From: an uncultured Fibrobacteraceae bacterium
Lineage (GTDB): Bacteria; Krumholzibacteriota; Krumholzibacteriia; LZORAL124-64-63
Reading direction: 5' to 3'
Assembly: GCA_964476155.1 (NCBI GenBank)
Contig: CAYYYS010000013.1
Span: 910-64,909 of the forward strand
DNA: 64,000 nucleotides
The position numbers and the translations under genes were made by a program. Below the pieces are notes generated by a model. That model was not told the DNA's origin. It searched no databases and was given only the letters and a program-made list of their open reading frames with translations. Each line of letters starts with the position of its first letter. Position 1 is the first letter of the stretch. Positions 1-9,449 of this stretch are shown in pieces.

Positions 1-1
1 C

Positions 2-544
2 GCGGCGATCACCGGTGGCGATATTATGGTGCGCAACTGCCGGCCTGACCATCTCAACGAACCCATGGCCGTCCTGCGTAGCATGGGGTGTGAGTTGGAG
101 GTTGGTGAGGATTACGTGCGCCTGGCGGCGCTCGATAAACTCGGTCCCGTGGAGATCAACACGCGCCCCTTCCCGGGCTACCCCACCGACATGCAGGCCC
201 AGCTGATGGCCGTGGCCAGTGTGGCGGACGGGGTGAGCCACATTACCGAGAACATCTACCCCGACCGGTTCACCCATACCGCGGAACTGCGGCGGCTTGG
301 CGCGGATATCCGGCTCGACGGCGCCACGGCGACTATTTTCGGCGTGGAAACCCTGTCGGGTGCGCCGGTCATGGCGACCGACCTGCGGGCTTCGGCGGCG
401 CTGGTGCTGGCCGGCATCGCGGCGCACGGGAAGACCATCGTGGAGCGGGTCTATCACATCGACCGGGGGTACGAGCGGATTGAGCAGAAGCTCGTGGCGC
501 TGGGGGCGAAGATCAGGCGGGAGAATCCGGCGCCGGGGCCGTGA
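2..544 (+). CDS. murA: UDP-N-acetylglucosamine 1-carboxyvinyltransferase, C-terminal part (runs off window start)
   Basis: Motifs PFPGYPTDMQAQ, ITENIYPDRF, MATDLRASAALVLAG, YHIDRGYE; frame is open to position 2. Confidence 0.96.
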   Translation, partial: AAITGGDIMVRNCRPDHLNEPMAVLRSMGCELEVGEDYVRLAALDKLGPVEINTRPFPGYPTDMQAQLMAVASVADGVSHITENIYPDRFTHTAELRRLGADIRLDGATATIFGVETLSGAPVMATDLRASAALVLAGIAAHGKTIVERVYHIDRGYERIEQKLVALGAKIRRENPAPGP

Positions 545-565
545 GAGTCGCTCAACTCAGGGAGC

Positions 566-609
566 ACTTATCCACACCCACGGTACCACGTGGTACCCCA
601 TTTTTGATG
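566..609 (+). repeat. Intergenic repeat copy A: DnaA box + 16-bp palindrome + TTTTTGATG
   Basis: 44 bp, exact reverse complement of 26144-26187; TTATCCACA at 568-576, GGTACCACGTGGTACC at 582-597. Confidence 0.95.
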
Positions 610-727
610 CGGAGTACGGTCTCTGTCATCACGTGACCCCATAGCCTTGCTGGCGCCATGATGCCAGACGATTGTATAGTGGACCCCGGACTGCATTACC
701 GCACCTCCCGCACCGGAATGGGATTGA

Positions 728-2599
728 ATGACTTCGGACACGACCCGCCACTTCATCCTCGGCACCGCCGGCCACGTCGATCACGGCAAGTCCGCGCTGA
801 TCAAGGCGCTCACGGGCGTGGAGACCGACCGCCTCAAGGAAGAGCGCGACCGCGGCATCAGCATCGAGCTGGGCTTCGCGGAGCTGCCTCTGGGCGACGG
901 TGTCGTTCTGGGCGTCGTCGACGTGCCCGGCCACGAGCGCTTCGTCAAGCAGATGGTGGCCGGCGCGGGCGGCGTGGACCTGGCTTTTCTGGTCGTAGCG
1001 GCCGACGAGGGGGTCATGCCCCAGACCGTGGAGCATCTGGAGATCCTGTCGTCGCTGGGCGTGAGCGGCGGCGTGATCGTCATCACCAAGGTGGACCTGG
1101 TGGACCGCGAGTTGGCCGAAGTGGCGGCCGAGGAAGTGCGTGACCTGTGCGAAGGCACATTCCTCGCGGACAAGCCGACGGTCATTGTTTCCGCGATCAC
1201 GGGAGAGGGGCTGGATGATCTGAAAGCGGCCATCGCGACCGAGGTGGACGCGCTCCCATCACGTACGGGCGCCGGCCCCTTCCGCCTGCCCGTCGACCGC
1301 GTGTTCACCATGCCGGGCGCGGGCGTCATCGTCACGGGCACCTGCTGGAGCGGTTCGGTCAAGACCGGCGACCAGCTCCTGGTCGAGCCTGGCGGCGCCA
1401 AGGTTCGCGTGCGCGATGTGCAGGCCCACGGTCGCGCCGTCCCGGTGGGCGGCTCGGGCCAACGGCTCGCCATGGCCCTGCACGGCGTCAAGAAGGACGA
1501 AATGGCGCGCGGTTGCCAGGTGATCAGCGCCGGCGCGGCCAGCCCTACCCGCCGCCTCGATGTCCGGCTTACCCTGGTGTCCCACTTCACCGGCGAGCTC
1601 AAGAATCGCCAGCGTGTCCATGTTCATCACGCGGGCCGAGAGGTCCTGGCGCGCGTTGTGCTGCTGGACGAGGACCTGCTTTCCCACGAGACGGGCACGA
1701 CCACGACCCTGGCGCAGATCAATCTCGAGGAGGCCCTGGTGGCCGCCGTCGGCGACCGTCTGGTGCTGCGCTTCTACTCGCCCCTGGTCACCATGGCCGG
1801 TGGCGAGATACTGGCCGTGGATCCGTCACGCCGCAAGCGCTTCGACGAAACGGGCCTCTACGAGCTGGCCGTGCTGGAGGAGGGTGATCCCGCGGATATC
1901 TTCCGCCAGGAGCTGCGAGACGCGGGGCTCGAAGGCCTCAAGGCCGCCGAGCACGAGGACTTTGTCGAAGACGTCGCCGTCCTGAGGGTCGGCAAGCGTC
2001 TCTACGATCGTGATCTGACCGACGAGGTCGTGAGTACGGTCGATGCCCTGGCCCGCGAAGCCTACGACCGGAATCCCCTGCGTGGCGGTGTAAGCAAGGA
2101 AGAGGCGCGGCGACGGGCGAAGTTTACCGCCGGCAACGCCGAGTGGAACGCGCTGGTCGAGGCCCTGGCCGCCGATGTCGGCTGGGTGACCGCGGGCGAT
2201 CGAATCGGCCCCGCCGGGGCCGCTGCTCTACCGAAGGAGTTGCAGGTAAAAGTCGATGCCGCCGAAGCGTCCTTGAAGGATGCCGGCCTCCCGGGCACCG
2301 ACACGGCCGAACTCGGCGCGGATGCCGGTGAATACCTCCGGTACATGACGACCTCCGGTCGTGCCGTGGCGATCACGCCCGAGTATCATGTTCACGTCGA
2401 CACGCTGGAGACGCTACGGGATAGCCTGCGCAAATACTTCGAAGGCGAAGGCAACTTCAAGTTCGCCGATTTCCGCGGCCTGACCGGCCTGAGCCGCAAG
2501 CTGGGTATTCCCATGCTCGAGTATCTGGACCAGCGCAAGTGGACCCGTCGCGTGGGTGATCTGCGTGTGGTCGGTCCGAACCTGAGCGAGGACGCATGA
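728..2599 (+). CDS. selB: Selenocysteine-specific translation elongation factor
   Basis: GTAGHVDHGKS, EERDRGISIELGF, DVPGHERFVKQMVAGAGG; C-terminal winged-helix GLSRKLGIPMLEYLD. Confidence 0.96.
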   Translation: MTSDTTRHFILGTAGHVDHGKSALIKALTGVETDRLKEERDRGISIELGFAELPLGDGVVLGVVDVPGHERFVKQMVAGAGGVDLAFLVVAADEGVMPQTVEHLEILSSLGVSGGVIVITKVDLVDRELAEVAAEEVRDLCEGTFLADKPTVIVSAITGEGLDDLKAAIATEVDALPSRTGAGPFRLPVDRVFTMPGAGVIVTGTCWSGSVKTGDQLLVEPGGAKVRVRDVQAHGRAVPVGGSGQRLAMALHGVKKDEMARGCQVISAGAASPTRRLDVRLTLVSHFTGELKNRQRVHVHHAGREVLARVVLLDEDLLSHETGTTTTLAQINLEEALVAAVGDRLVLRFYSPLVTMAGGEILAVDPSRRKRFDETGLYELAVLEEGDPADIFRQELRDAGLEGLKAAEHEDFVEDVAVLRVGKRLYDRDLTDEVVSTVDALAREAYDRNPLRGGVSKEEARRRAKFTAGNAEWNALVEALAADVGWVTAGDRIGPAGAAALPKELQVKVDAAEASLKDAGLPGTDTAELGADAGEYLRYMTTSGRAVAITPEYHVHVDTLETLRDSLRKYFEGEGNFKFADFRGLTGLSRKLGIPMLEYLDQRKWTRRVGDLRVVGPNLSEDA

Positions 2600-3681
2600 G
2601 CGAAGATATCGACACCACCCGCATCGCCGCTCCGCGACGTCCAACCCGCCGTGTCAACGTGGGCGACGTGACCATCGGCAACGGCGCCCCCGTACGCGTG
2701 CAGTCGATGACCACGACCCGCACCGGCGACTTCGACGCCACCATCGGGCAGATCCGCGAGCTGGCCACCGCCGGCGCCGAGATCGTGCGCGTGACCGTCA
2801 ACGACGACGCGGCCGCCGACGCCCTGCCGCGCCTGGTGGCCGAGAGCAACGTGCCCCTGGTGGCGGACATCCACTTCCAGCACACGCTCGCGATCAAGTC
2901 ACTGGTGGCCGGCGTGGCCAAGCTGCGCATCAATCCGGGCAACATCGGGTCGCGCGACAAGGTGCGCGAGGTGGCTCGCGCCGCGCAGGACCACCATGTT
3001 CCTATTCGGATCGGCGTCAACAAGGGTAGCCTGCACAAGCGATATGACGCGCAGGCCGCGACCGATCCCGCCGGGGCCATGGTGCAGAGCGCTTTGGATG
3101 AACTCGAAGTGCTGTCGACCGTAGGTTTCGACGACGTGATCGTGTCGCTCAAGAGCAGCGAGCCCATGGAAGTGATCGAGGCCTGCCGTCGCTTCGCGGC
3201 GATTTCAGACGTGCCGCAACACCTGGGCGTGACCGAAGCCGGAACGTTGCAAGCCGGCATATCCCGCTCGGTGGCGGCCATGAGCGTGTTGCTGGCCGAA
3301 GGCATCGGCGACACCATCCGTATCTCGCTCGCGGCCGACCCCGTCGAGGAAATCCTCGCCGCCTTCCACATGCTCCAGGCGCTCGGTCTGCGCGAGGGGT
3401 TCGCGCGCGTCGTGGCGTGTCCCACCTGCGGCCGCGTCGAGGTGGACGTGGTCGAGCTGGCGCGCAAGGTGGAGGCCCTGGCCAAGGACCTGCCGCCCGA
3501 CCGGGTGATCGCCGTGATGGGCTGCATCGTCAACGGGCCGGGGGAGGCCAAGGCGGCCGATCTGGGCATTGCGGCGGGCAAGACCAGGGTGGCGATCTAT
3601 CGCCGGGGCGAGTTGCATCGGAAGATCGACAAGGCGGATCTGGATGTGGTGTTGATGGAGGAGATCGAGCTGTTGAGATAG
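2596..3681 (+). CDS. ispG: (E)-4-hydroxy-3-methylbut-2-enyl-diphosphate synthase
   Basis: VRVQSMTTT, LVADIHF, RINPGNIG, HLGVTEAG, GIGDTIRISL, Fe-S ligands CPTCGR and VMGCIVNGPGEA; ATGA overlap with selB. Confidence 0.97.
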   Translation: MSEDIDTTRIAAPRRPTRRVNVGDVTIGNGAPVRVQSMTTTRTGDFDATIGQIRELATAGAEIVRVTVNDDAAADALPRLVAESNVPLVADIHFQHTLAIKSLVAGVAKLRINPGNIGSRDKVREVARAAQDHHVPIRIGVNKGSLHKRYDAQAATDPAGAMVQSALDELEVLSTVGFDDVIVSLKSSEPMEVIEACRRFAAISDVPQHLGVTEAGTLQAGISRSVAAMSVLLAEGIGDTIRISLAADPVEEILAAFHMLQALGLREGFARVVACPTCGRVEVDVVELARKVEALAKDLPPDRVIAVMGCIVNGPGEAKAADLGIAAGKTRVAIYRRGELHRKIDKADLDVVLMEEIELLR

Positions 3682-3764
3682 ATGATCTGGCTATTTCTAC
3701 CGAATGTGTTTCCTTTTGCATGTACCATCCTGACTAAACTCATCCAATAGTACGGAGTCCCCAG

Positions 3765-5399
3765 ATGTCCAATCCCGCCCAGGGGTTCAGCGAGCTGAAC
3801 CTGTCCGCCCCTCTTGTCCAGGCCGTCACGGAACTGGGTTACGAGAATCCCCTGCCCATCCAGGCGGGCTGCATTCCGCCCCTGCTGGACGGTCAGGACG
3901 TTCTGGGTCTCGCTCAGACCGGAACCGGCAAGACCGGCGCCTTCGCGTTGCCGCTCCTGTCGCGCATCGATCTGTCGCTGAAGAAGCCGCAGGTTATCGT
4001 GCTGACTCCGACCCGCGAGCTGGCCATCCAGGTGGCCGAGGCGTTCCAGGCCTACGCGCGTCACCTGAAGCGTTTTCACGTGCTGCCGATCTACGGTGGT
4101 CAGCACTATTCCTTCCAGTTCAGACAGCTCCATCGCGGTCCCCAGGTGATCGTCGGTACGCCGGGACGAATCCAGGACCACCTGGACCGGGGCACGCTCG
4201 ATCTGAGTGCCATCAAATGCGTGGTGCTGGACGAAGCCGACGAGATGTTGCGCATGGGATTCGTGGACGAGGTCGAGGCCATCGTGTCCCGGGCGCCGGC
4301 GGAGCGACAGACGGCGCTGTTCTCGGCGACGATGCCCACGCAGATCAAGCGCATCACCAAGCGGTACATGAACAAGCCCGTCGAGGTGCGCATCGAGGCC
4401 AAGACCTCGACCGCCGACAATATCGAGCAGGTGTACATGGTCGTGCCCAACTCGGCCAAGTTCCCGGCCCTGTGCCGGATCCTGGAGACCGAGTCCTACG
4501 ACGGGATCCTGATCTTCATGCGCACCCGTCTGGCCACGTCGGGCCTGGCCGAAAAGCTGGCGGCGCGGGGGTTCGACGCCTCGGCGCTCAACGGCGAGAT
4601 GAGCCAGGCGGCCCGTGAGCGGACCGTGCAGCGCCTCAAGAAAGGGAAGCTCGATATCGTGGTTGCCACCGATGTAGCCGCGCGCGGGCTGGATGTGGAT
4701 CGCATCTCCCTGGTGATCAACTACGACATTCCCGGCGACTCCGAGGCCTATATCCACCGTATCGGGCGCACGGGTCGCGTCGGGCGCTACGGCAAGGCGA
4801 TCCTCTTCGCCACGCCGCGCGAACGGCATTTCATGAAGTCCATCGAGCGGGCGACCCGTCAGCCGCTCAACCGCATGGAGATGCCCAGCCACGATACGGT
4901 CACACGCCGGCGCGTCGAAAAATTTCGCGACAACCTGGCTGAGATCATTGCCCAGGAGCCCCAGGAATTTTTCCAGGACCTGAGCTTCGAACTGATGGAC
5001 GACCTGAGCGTCGACACCCTGCAACTGGCCGCCGGGTTGCTGTGCCTGGCGCAGAAGGACCGGCCCCTGCGGGCGGAAGAGAACCGCGCCCTGTCGAATC
5101 CCCACTGGGAGGACAAGAAGCCGCACCGGAAGGAGCGGGGGGGCGGCAAGCGCAAGTCGGCGAACAATCTGGTGCCTTATCGGATCGAAGTGGGATCGAC
5201 GGACGGCGTGGAGATCCGCAACATCGTGGGCGCGATCGCCAACGAGACGGGTCTGCCGAGCCGGTACATCGGGCAGATCCGGATTCACCCCAAGTATTCC
5301 ACGGTCGAATTGCCGGATGAGATGCCGCCGGACATCAGGGAACACCTGAAGAGAACGTATGTCGCGCACAAGGCGATGAAGATTTCGCGGATGCGGTGA
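3765..5399 (+). CDS. deaD: DEAD-box RNA helicase DeaD/CsdA family
   Basis: AQTGTGKT, PTRELA, DEADEM, FSAT, ARGLD, HRIGRTGR; C-terminal DbpA RNA-binding domain (IVGAIANETG). Confidence 0.93.
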   Translation: MSNPAQGFSELNLSAPLVQAVTELGYENPLPIQAGCIPPLLDGQDVLGLAQTGTGKTGAFALPLLSRIDLSLKKPQVIVLTPTRELAIQVAEAFQAYARHLKRFHVLPIYGGQHYSFQFRQLHRGPQVIVGTPGRIQDHLDRGTLDLSAIKCVVLDEADEMLRMGFVDEVEAIVSRAPAERQTALFSATMPTQIKRITKRYMNKPVEVRIEAKTSTADNIEQVYMVVPNSAKFPALCRILETESYDGILIFMRTRLATSGLAEKLAARGFDASALNGEMSQAARERTVQRLKKGKLDIVVATDVAARGLDVDRISLVINYDIPGDSEAYIHRIGRTGRVGRYGKAILFATPRERHFMKSIERATRQPLNRMEMPSHDTVTRRRVEKFRDNLAEIIAQEPQEFFQDLSFELMDDLSVDTLQLAAGLLCLAQKDRPLRAEENRALSNPHWEDKKPHRKERGGGKRKSANNLVPYRIEVGSTDGVEIRNIVGAIANETGLPSRYIGQIRIHPKYSTVELPDEMPPDIREHLKRTYVAHKAMKISRMR

Positions 5400-5503
5400 G
5401 GGCATGACCCGGACGTGCTGGTCATTATAAATAACATCGGTTTTTGACGGAATTGTACGTATTTCGCGAGTGTAATGCTTGTATGTGGTTTAATTAGAGC
5501 GTG

Positions 5504-6949
5504 TTAACCTTTATCTGCTGGAATCCGAGGCTCCACCATCAAACTCTTCTCCCGAATACAACTCGCCGTCCCAGCCGGTGTCTTCCGCGGCTTCCGCACA
5601 TATTTGCGCAATGTATAGATGACCGGCGCCAGCCCCGAAGTCCGCGCCTTGCTGTGATAAGCCGCGATGGCCGCCGTCTTGGCCAGCACGCTGCGCGGCA
5701 CCTGATCAGGCTGTCCGGCGGTGCGCAGGATGACGTGGCTGCCCGCCACGCCCTGGGCGTGGAACCACCAGTCGTCCGGTGACGAGGCCTTGTGGGTGAG
5801 CGTGTCGTTTTCCTTGTTGTGGCGGCCGACCCACACGTCCCAGCGGTTGTCGAGGCGGTAACGGCGGAAGGGGAGGGTCACGTCCGGGACGCGACGCTTC
5901 ATGCCCGGGCGCGGCGCTTCGCCCAACAGGTCGGCGTTGGTCTCGCGCCACTCAGGTACGATCTCCAGCAGATCAACATCGTTGGCGAGCAGCTCGGTCA
6001 GCTCCGCTTCGAGGCCCGTCAGCTTGTCGACCCGTTCACTCGCACTCTCCAGACGCTCCGCGATGGTCTCTCGCCCCCGATCCGCCTTCCGCGCCTGCTT
6101 GAAGTACGCCTCCATGTTCTCGACCGGCGTGTGCGACGAGTCCAGAGCGATGGTGCGCTCGACACCCTCGGCGTCGGCCAATACGACCTCGTCCGGCCCC
6201 TGGCTCAACGCATGCAGATGGATGGCCAGCGTTTCGCCGTCCTTGCGGGCCGCGTCCCCGCGACCCGCCTTGTCCAGGTCGCGCGCGAGGTTGTCGCGAT
6301 GACGGGTCGCCGTTTCGAGGGCGCGGCGCAGGGCGGTCCGGGCCCGGGTTTCCGTGTTCGCGCGCAGGCCCGCATAGAGGTGCGCCGTCGCCACTTCCCG
6401 AAACTCCGGCGCCACTTCGGGTGTGATGGCTTCGACCGGTGGCGGCGATGTCGCCAAAGTCGCCGGATGAGGCGAAGGATGCGCCGACCACAACCGTCGC
6501 CCCCGCGCATCGGCCAGCACCAGATTGCCGCGCGGCCCGAAGAGCTGATGGGCGATGACGTAGGTCTTGCCGTCGGGACCGGTGAAGGTCAGGTAGACGA
6601 TGCGGTCGTCGGCCGGTGCGGCGACGGCTTCGAGAACGGCGTGCTTGAGATAGGGCGTGGGGGTGAGCTGTTTCTGGGGCACACGGCCGAGGGCCTTGTC
6701 CCAGGATCCGGGCGTGACCGTGTCCGTGTCCCAGAGGCAGACCGCCACGGGCATGGCGATCAGATAAAGATGCGCGGGAGGACCGGAGTCCTCCCGCGCG
6801 CGATCGATGTTTTCGACCAGGGTCAAGCGCAACCAGCCGGGGCCGCCGGCCAGTCTGACCAGATGGTGTCCCGCCAGCCTGGCGTGCCACTCTGCGGCCA
6901 GTTGGGCCACCGTTTCAGGTGAACGCCAGGGCTGCGTCGTCTCTTCCAC
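5504..6949 (-). CDS. rqcH: NFACT/RqcH (FbpA-like) ribosome quality-control protein
   Basis: NFACT-R motifs VGRHNKENDTLT, WWFHAQGVAGSHVIL, AAYHSKAR; coiled coil with YFKQARK; GTG start; N-terminus divergent. Confidence 0.82.
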   Translation of the reverse strand: MEETTQPWRSPETVAQLAAEWHARLAGHHLVRLAGGPGWLRLTLVENIDRAREDSGPPAHLYLIAMPVAVCLWDTDTVTPGSWDKALGRVPQKQLTPTPYLKHAVLEAVAAPADDRIVYLTFTGPDGKTYVIAHQLFGPRGNLVLADARGRRLWSAHPSPHPATLATSPPPVEAITPEVAPEFREVATAHLYAGLRANTETRARTALRRALETATRHRDNLARDLDKAGRGDAARKDGETLAIHLHALSQGPDEVVLADAEGVERTIALDSSHTPVENMEAYFKQARKADRGRETIAERLESASERVDKLTGLEAELTELLANDVDLLEIVPEWRETNADLLGEAPRPGMKRRVPDVTLPFRRYRLDNRWDVWVGRHNKENDTLTHKASSPDDWWFHAQGVAGSHVILRTAGQPDQVPRSVLAKTAAIAAYHSKARTSGLAPVIYTLRKYVRKPRKTPAGTASCIREKSLMVEPRIPADKG

Positions 6950-6955
6950 GCCGGT

Positions 6956-7423
6956 CTAGAAGAAAGACAGTCCGGCGGTAAGCTTGATGTCGGGCGCATA
7001 GTCCGACAGACCGAGCTTGAGCTCGAACATCAGAGCCTTCTGCGCATCGAGCGTCTTCTCTAGTCCGGCCAACAGACTGATGCCGATCCTGGTCTCGGAA
7101 TCACCCCCATCGGGGCTGATCATCATCAACCCGATTTCGCCGCCCAGATAGGGAGTGTAGCCGCTGATATCCGTCATCTTGAAAGGATAGACGACATCTC
7201 CGTTGAAGGCGTAAATCTTGCCAAATTCGTAGAAACCGATCTCGATATTGGGTGCGAGTCCGACTTCGGGCGTTAGTTCTATGCCCTTGAGATGACCACC
7301 CAAGTGGAAGTTGGTGTCATCGTCCTGGATAAGTCCACCTCGGACGCCGAACGAGTTCCCGGCAACGGCGGAACCTGCGGTGAGCATACTTATCACGACC
7401 AAGGCTATCGTTACGCGCTTCAT
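6956..7423 (-). CDS. Small outer-membrane beta-barrel protein
   Basis: Signal peptide MKRVTIALVVISMLTAGSAVA, alternating beta strands, PYLGG motif, terminal Phe; GGAGG upstream of ATG 7423. Confidence 0.7.
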   Translation of the reverse strand: MKRVTIALVVISMLTAGSAVAGNSFGVRGGLIQDDDTNFHLGGHLKGIELTPEVGLAPNIEIGFYEFGKIYAFNGDVVYPFKMTDISGYTPYLGGEIGLMMISPDGGDSETRIGISLLAGLEKTLDAQKALMFELKLGLSDYAPDIKLTAGLSFF

Positions 7424-7590
7424 CTGATGCCTCCCAACTGAGTCTTCAGGATTCAATCCACTTTGTTCTGTGGGTAGGATACTCATGCGTTACGGTTTCT
7501 TCGTCAACTGCATCTTTGGTTGTGGAGGTCGGTGCGATTGTCTACTGTTCTGCTCGACAGGATAATCCTCGACAACGGAAAGGCGTCGAA

Positions 7591-8472
7591 ATGCTCAGCA
7601 TGACCGGTTTCGGAATCGGCGAGGCGACCGCAGGATCGACCAAGATCACCGTGGAGCTCCGTTCGGTCAACCACCGCTTCCTGGATGTGGCGGTCAAGCT
7701 GCCGCCCGCCCTGGCGTCTTTCGAGATCGATATCCGCAATACGCTGAAGGCCCGCGTGGCGCGTGGGCGCGTCACCGTCGCCGCCCAGATCGAGCGCGGT
7801 GCGGAGGATACGTTGCCGACGGCCTCGCCCGAGCGTCTGGCCAGCGGTGTGGCCAACCTCCGCGATATGGCCGAGGCCTGCGAGCAGGCCGGGCTGCCGC
7901 GCCCGGAGATCGGACTGGAGCACGTACTGGCCTTGCCCGGACTCTTCCAGACCGACCCCAAGGATGAAGATCGCGAAGCCCTGCGCGAAGCCGTCGACAA
8001 GGCCCTGACCGCCGCCGTCGACGGTCTGTTGGACATGAAGACGGTCGAGGGCCAGGAGACCGCCGGCGAGATGAAGTCCCGCCTCGATTCCGTGCGCGAG
8101 AATCTCAAGATCTTGAACAAGGAGTTGCCTGGCGCCCAGGAAGAGGTTCTCGCCAAGCTGCACGAGCGTCTGGCGAAGCTGCTCGAGGATGCGGTGGAGC
8201 CCCAGCGTCTCGCCCAGGAGGCGGCGATCATCGTCGACCGGGGCAATATCTTCGAGGAAGTCGAACGTCTGGCTACCCATCTCGACCAGTACGAGACAGC
8301 CCTGGATGGTGGCGGCCAGGTGGCCAAGCGGCTTAACTTCCTGCTGCAGGAAATGCACCGCGAGGTCAACACCATGGGATCGAAGACCCAGAACATGACG
8401 ATCACCACGGCGGTGATCGACATGAAGGAAGCCGTCGAGTCCATGCGCGAACAGGTCATGAATCTGGAGTAA
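7591..8472 (+). CDS. yicC: YicC/YloC family endoribonuclease
   Basis: SMTGFG, ELRSVNHRFLD, KRLNFLLQEMHREVNTMGSK, EQVMNLE; conserved position before gmk. Confidence 0.93.
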   Translation: MLSMTGFGIGEATAGSTKITVELRSVNHRFLDVAVKLPPALASFEIDIRNTLKARVARGRVTVAAQIERGAEDTLPTASPERLASGVANLRDMAEACEQAGLPRPEIGLEHVLALPGLFQTDPKDEDREALREAVDKALTAAVDGLLDMKTVEGQETAGEMKSRLDSVRENLKILNKELPGAQEEVLAKLHERLAKLLEDAVEPQRLAQEAAIIVDRGNIFEEVERLATHLDQYETALDGGGQVAKRLNFLLQEMHREVNTMGSKTQNMTITTAVIDMKEAVESMREQVMNLE

Positions 8473-8474
8473 CG

Positions 8475-9059
8475 ATGCTGTTGCTGATCTCCGGCCCCAG
8501 CGGCGCCGGCAAATCCACTTTCGTCGAAGCCTTCCTCGCCAATGATTCGCGCGTGCGCTTCTCCGTCTCGACCACCACGCGTCCGCGGCGCGGCAAAGAG
8601 GAAGACGGGGTGCAGTACCACTTCGTCAAGGACGAGGCGTTCGACCAGTTGCTCGCCGAGGACGCCTTCGTCGAATGGGCCGACGTCCACGAACGTCGCT
8701 ACGGCACACGCAAGGCACATGTGCAGGAGATATTGGACGCGGGGCTCGTCCCGCTGCTGGATCTGGACGTGCAGGGCGGCAAGCAGGTCATCGACCTGTA
8801 TGGCGACGACATCGTCTCGGTCTTCGTCTTCGCGCCCTCGTGGGAGGAATTGGAGCGACGGCTACGCAATCGGGGGACCGACAGTGAAGAGGTCATCCAG
8901 ACCCGCCTGGCCAATGCCCGCTGGGAAGTAGGTTACGCCAAACACTACGACTACTGGGTGATCAACGACGATCTCGACGAGGCGCGCCGCGACATGATGG
9001 CCATCATCACCGCCGAACGCCGCCGTCGGACCCGTCTCGGGGACCCGCCGCTGGCTTGA
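8475..9059 (+). CDS. gmk: Guanylate kinase
   Basis: GPSGAGKS, SVSTTTRPRR, YGT, LDLDVQGG. Confidence 0.97.
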   Translation: MLLLISGPSGAGKSTFVEAFLANDSRVRFSVSTTTRPRRGKEEDGVQYHFVKDEAFDQLLAEDAFVEWADVHERRYGTRKAHVQEILDAGLVPLLDLDVQGGKQVIDLYGDDIVSVFVFAPSWEELERRLRNRGTDSEEVIQTRLANARWEVGYAKHYDYWVINDDLDEARRDMMAIITAERRRRTRLGDPPLA

Positions 9060-9106
9060 ATTATCGTCTGGCAACTTGTTGGTATGTATGGAATTGTACA
9101 TCGGAC

Positions 9107-9135
9107 TTGTCGAAACGGGTGGATTGTCGTACTAT
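9107..9135 (+). promoter_or_regulatory. Sigma70-type promoter for rpoZ-coaBC
   Basis: TTGTCG (9107-9112), 17-bp spacer, TACTAT (9130-9135). Confidence 0.55.
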
Positions 9136-9212
9136 ATGGGGTCCGGTACTCCGCCGGTGACGCCAAGGTGCGCCCGGCGGTTCGACGCGTCCAGGTTCCA
9201 TGAGGTGATCAG

Positions 9213-9446
9213 ATGACCTATGTCCGCCGCAAGGATGTAACCGACAAGATCCACAACAAGTTCGAGGCCATCAAGATCATGGCTCTGGAGAGTCGTCGGC
9301 TCAACGACCGCGCCCGCAGCGTGGGTATCGTGTTGCCGGGCAAGCTGACCAGCATCGCGATTCAGCGCCTGATCGACGGCAAGATCGAACACTTCGACCA
9401 GCGCGAGCGCGCCGCCGAGCTCCTGGAGGAACAGGAGGAGGAGTAG
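9213..9446 (+). CDS. rpoZ: RNA polymerase omega subunit
   Basis: 77 aa between gmk and coaBC (conserved synteny); NKFEAIKIMALESRRLN resembles omega N-terminal helix. Confidence 0.75.
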   Translation: MTYVRRKDVTDKIHNKFEAIKIMALESRRLNDRARSVGIVLPGKLTSIAIQRLIDGKIEHFDQRERAAELLEEQEEE

Positions 9447-9449
9447 ATC

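Noticed and set aside
629-636. Second CACGTG (TCACGTGA) downstream of repeat copy A as another parS-like site
   Set aside because: Only 8 bp palindromic and absent from copies B and C; expected by chance.
728-2599. Selenoproteins or other sel genes accompanying selB
   Set aside because: The TGA stops I inspected fall at natural protein ends or start-overlaps; no selA, selD or selC in the window. Not a systematic SECIS search.
3597-5405. Long antisense ORFs (also 34871-36553, 60284-61792, 2457-3581, 7542-8720 and many shorter)
   Set aside because: Shadow frames of real genes in GC-rich DNA; no family motifs.
9137-9200. tRNA-like look (GGTTCGA, ends in CCA) near selB, considered as tRNA-Sec
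   Set aside because: No acceptor stem, no UCA anticodon arm and too short; only a 7-bp hairpin (9151-9157 / 9174-9180) in the rpoZ leader.
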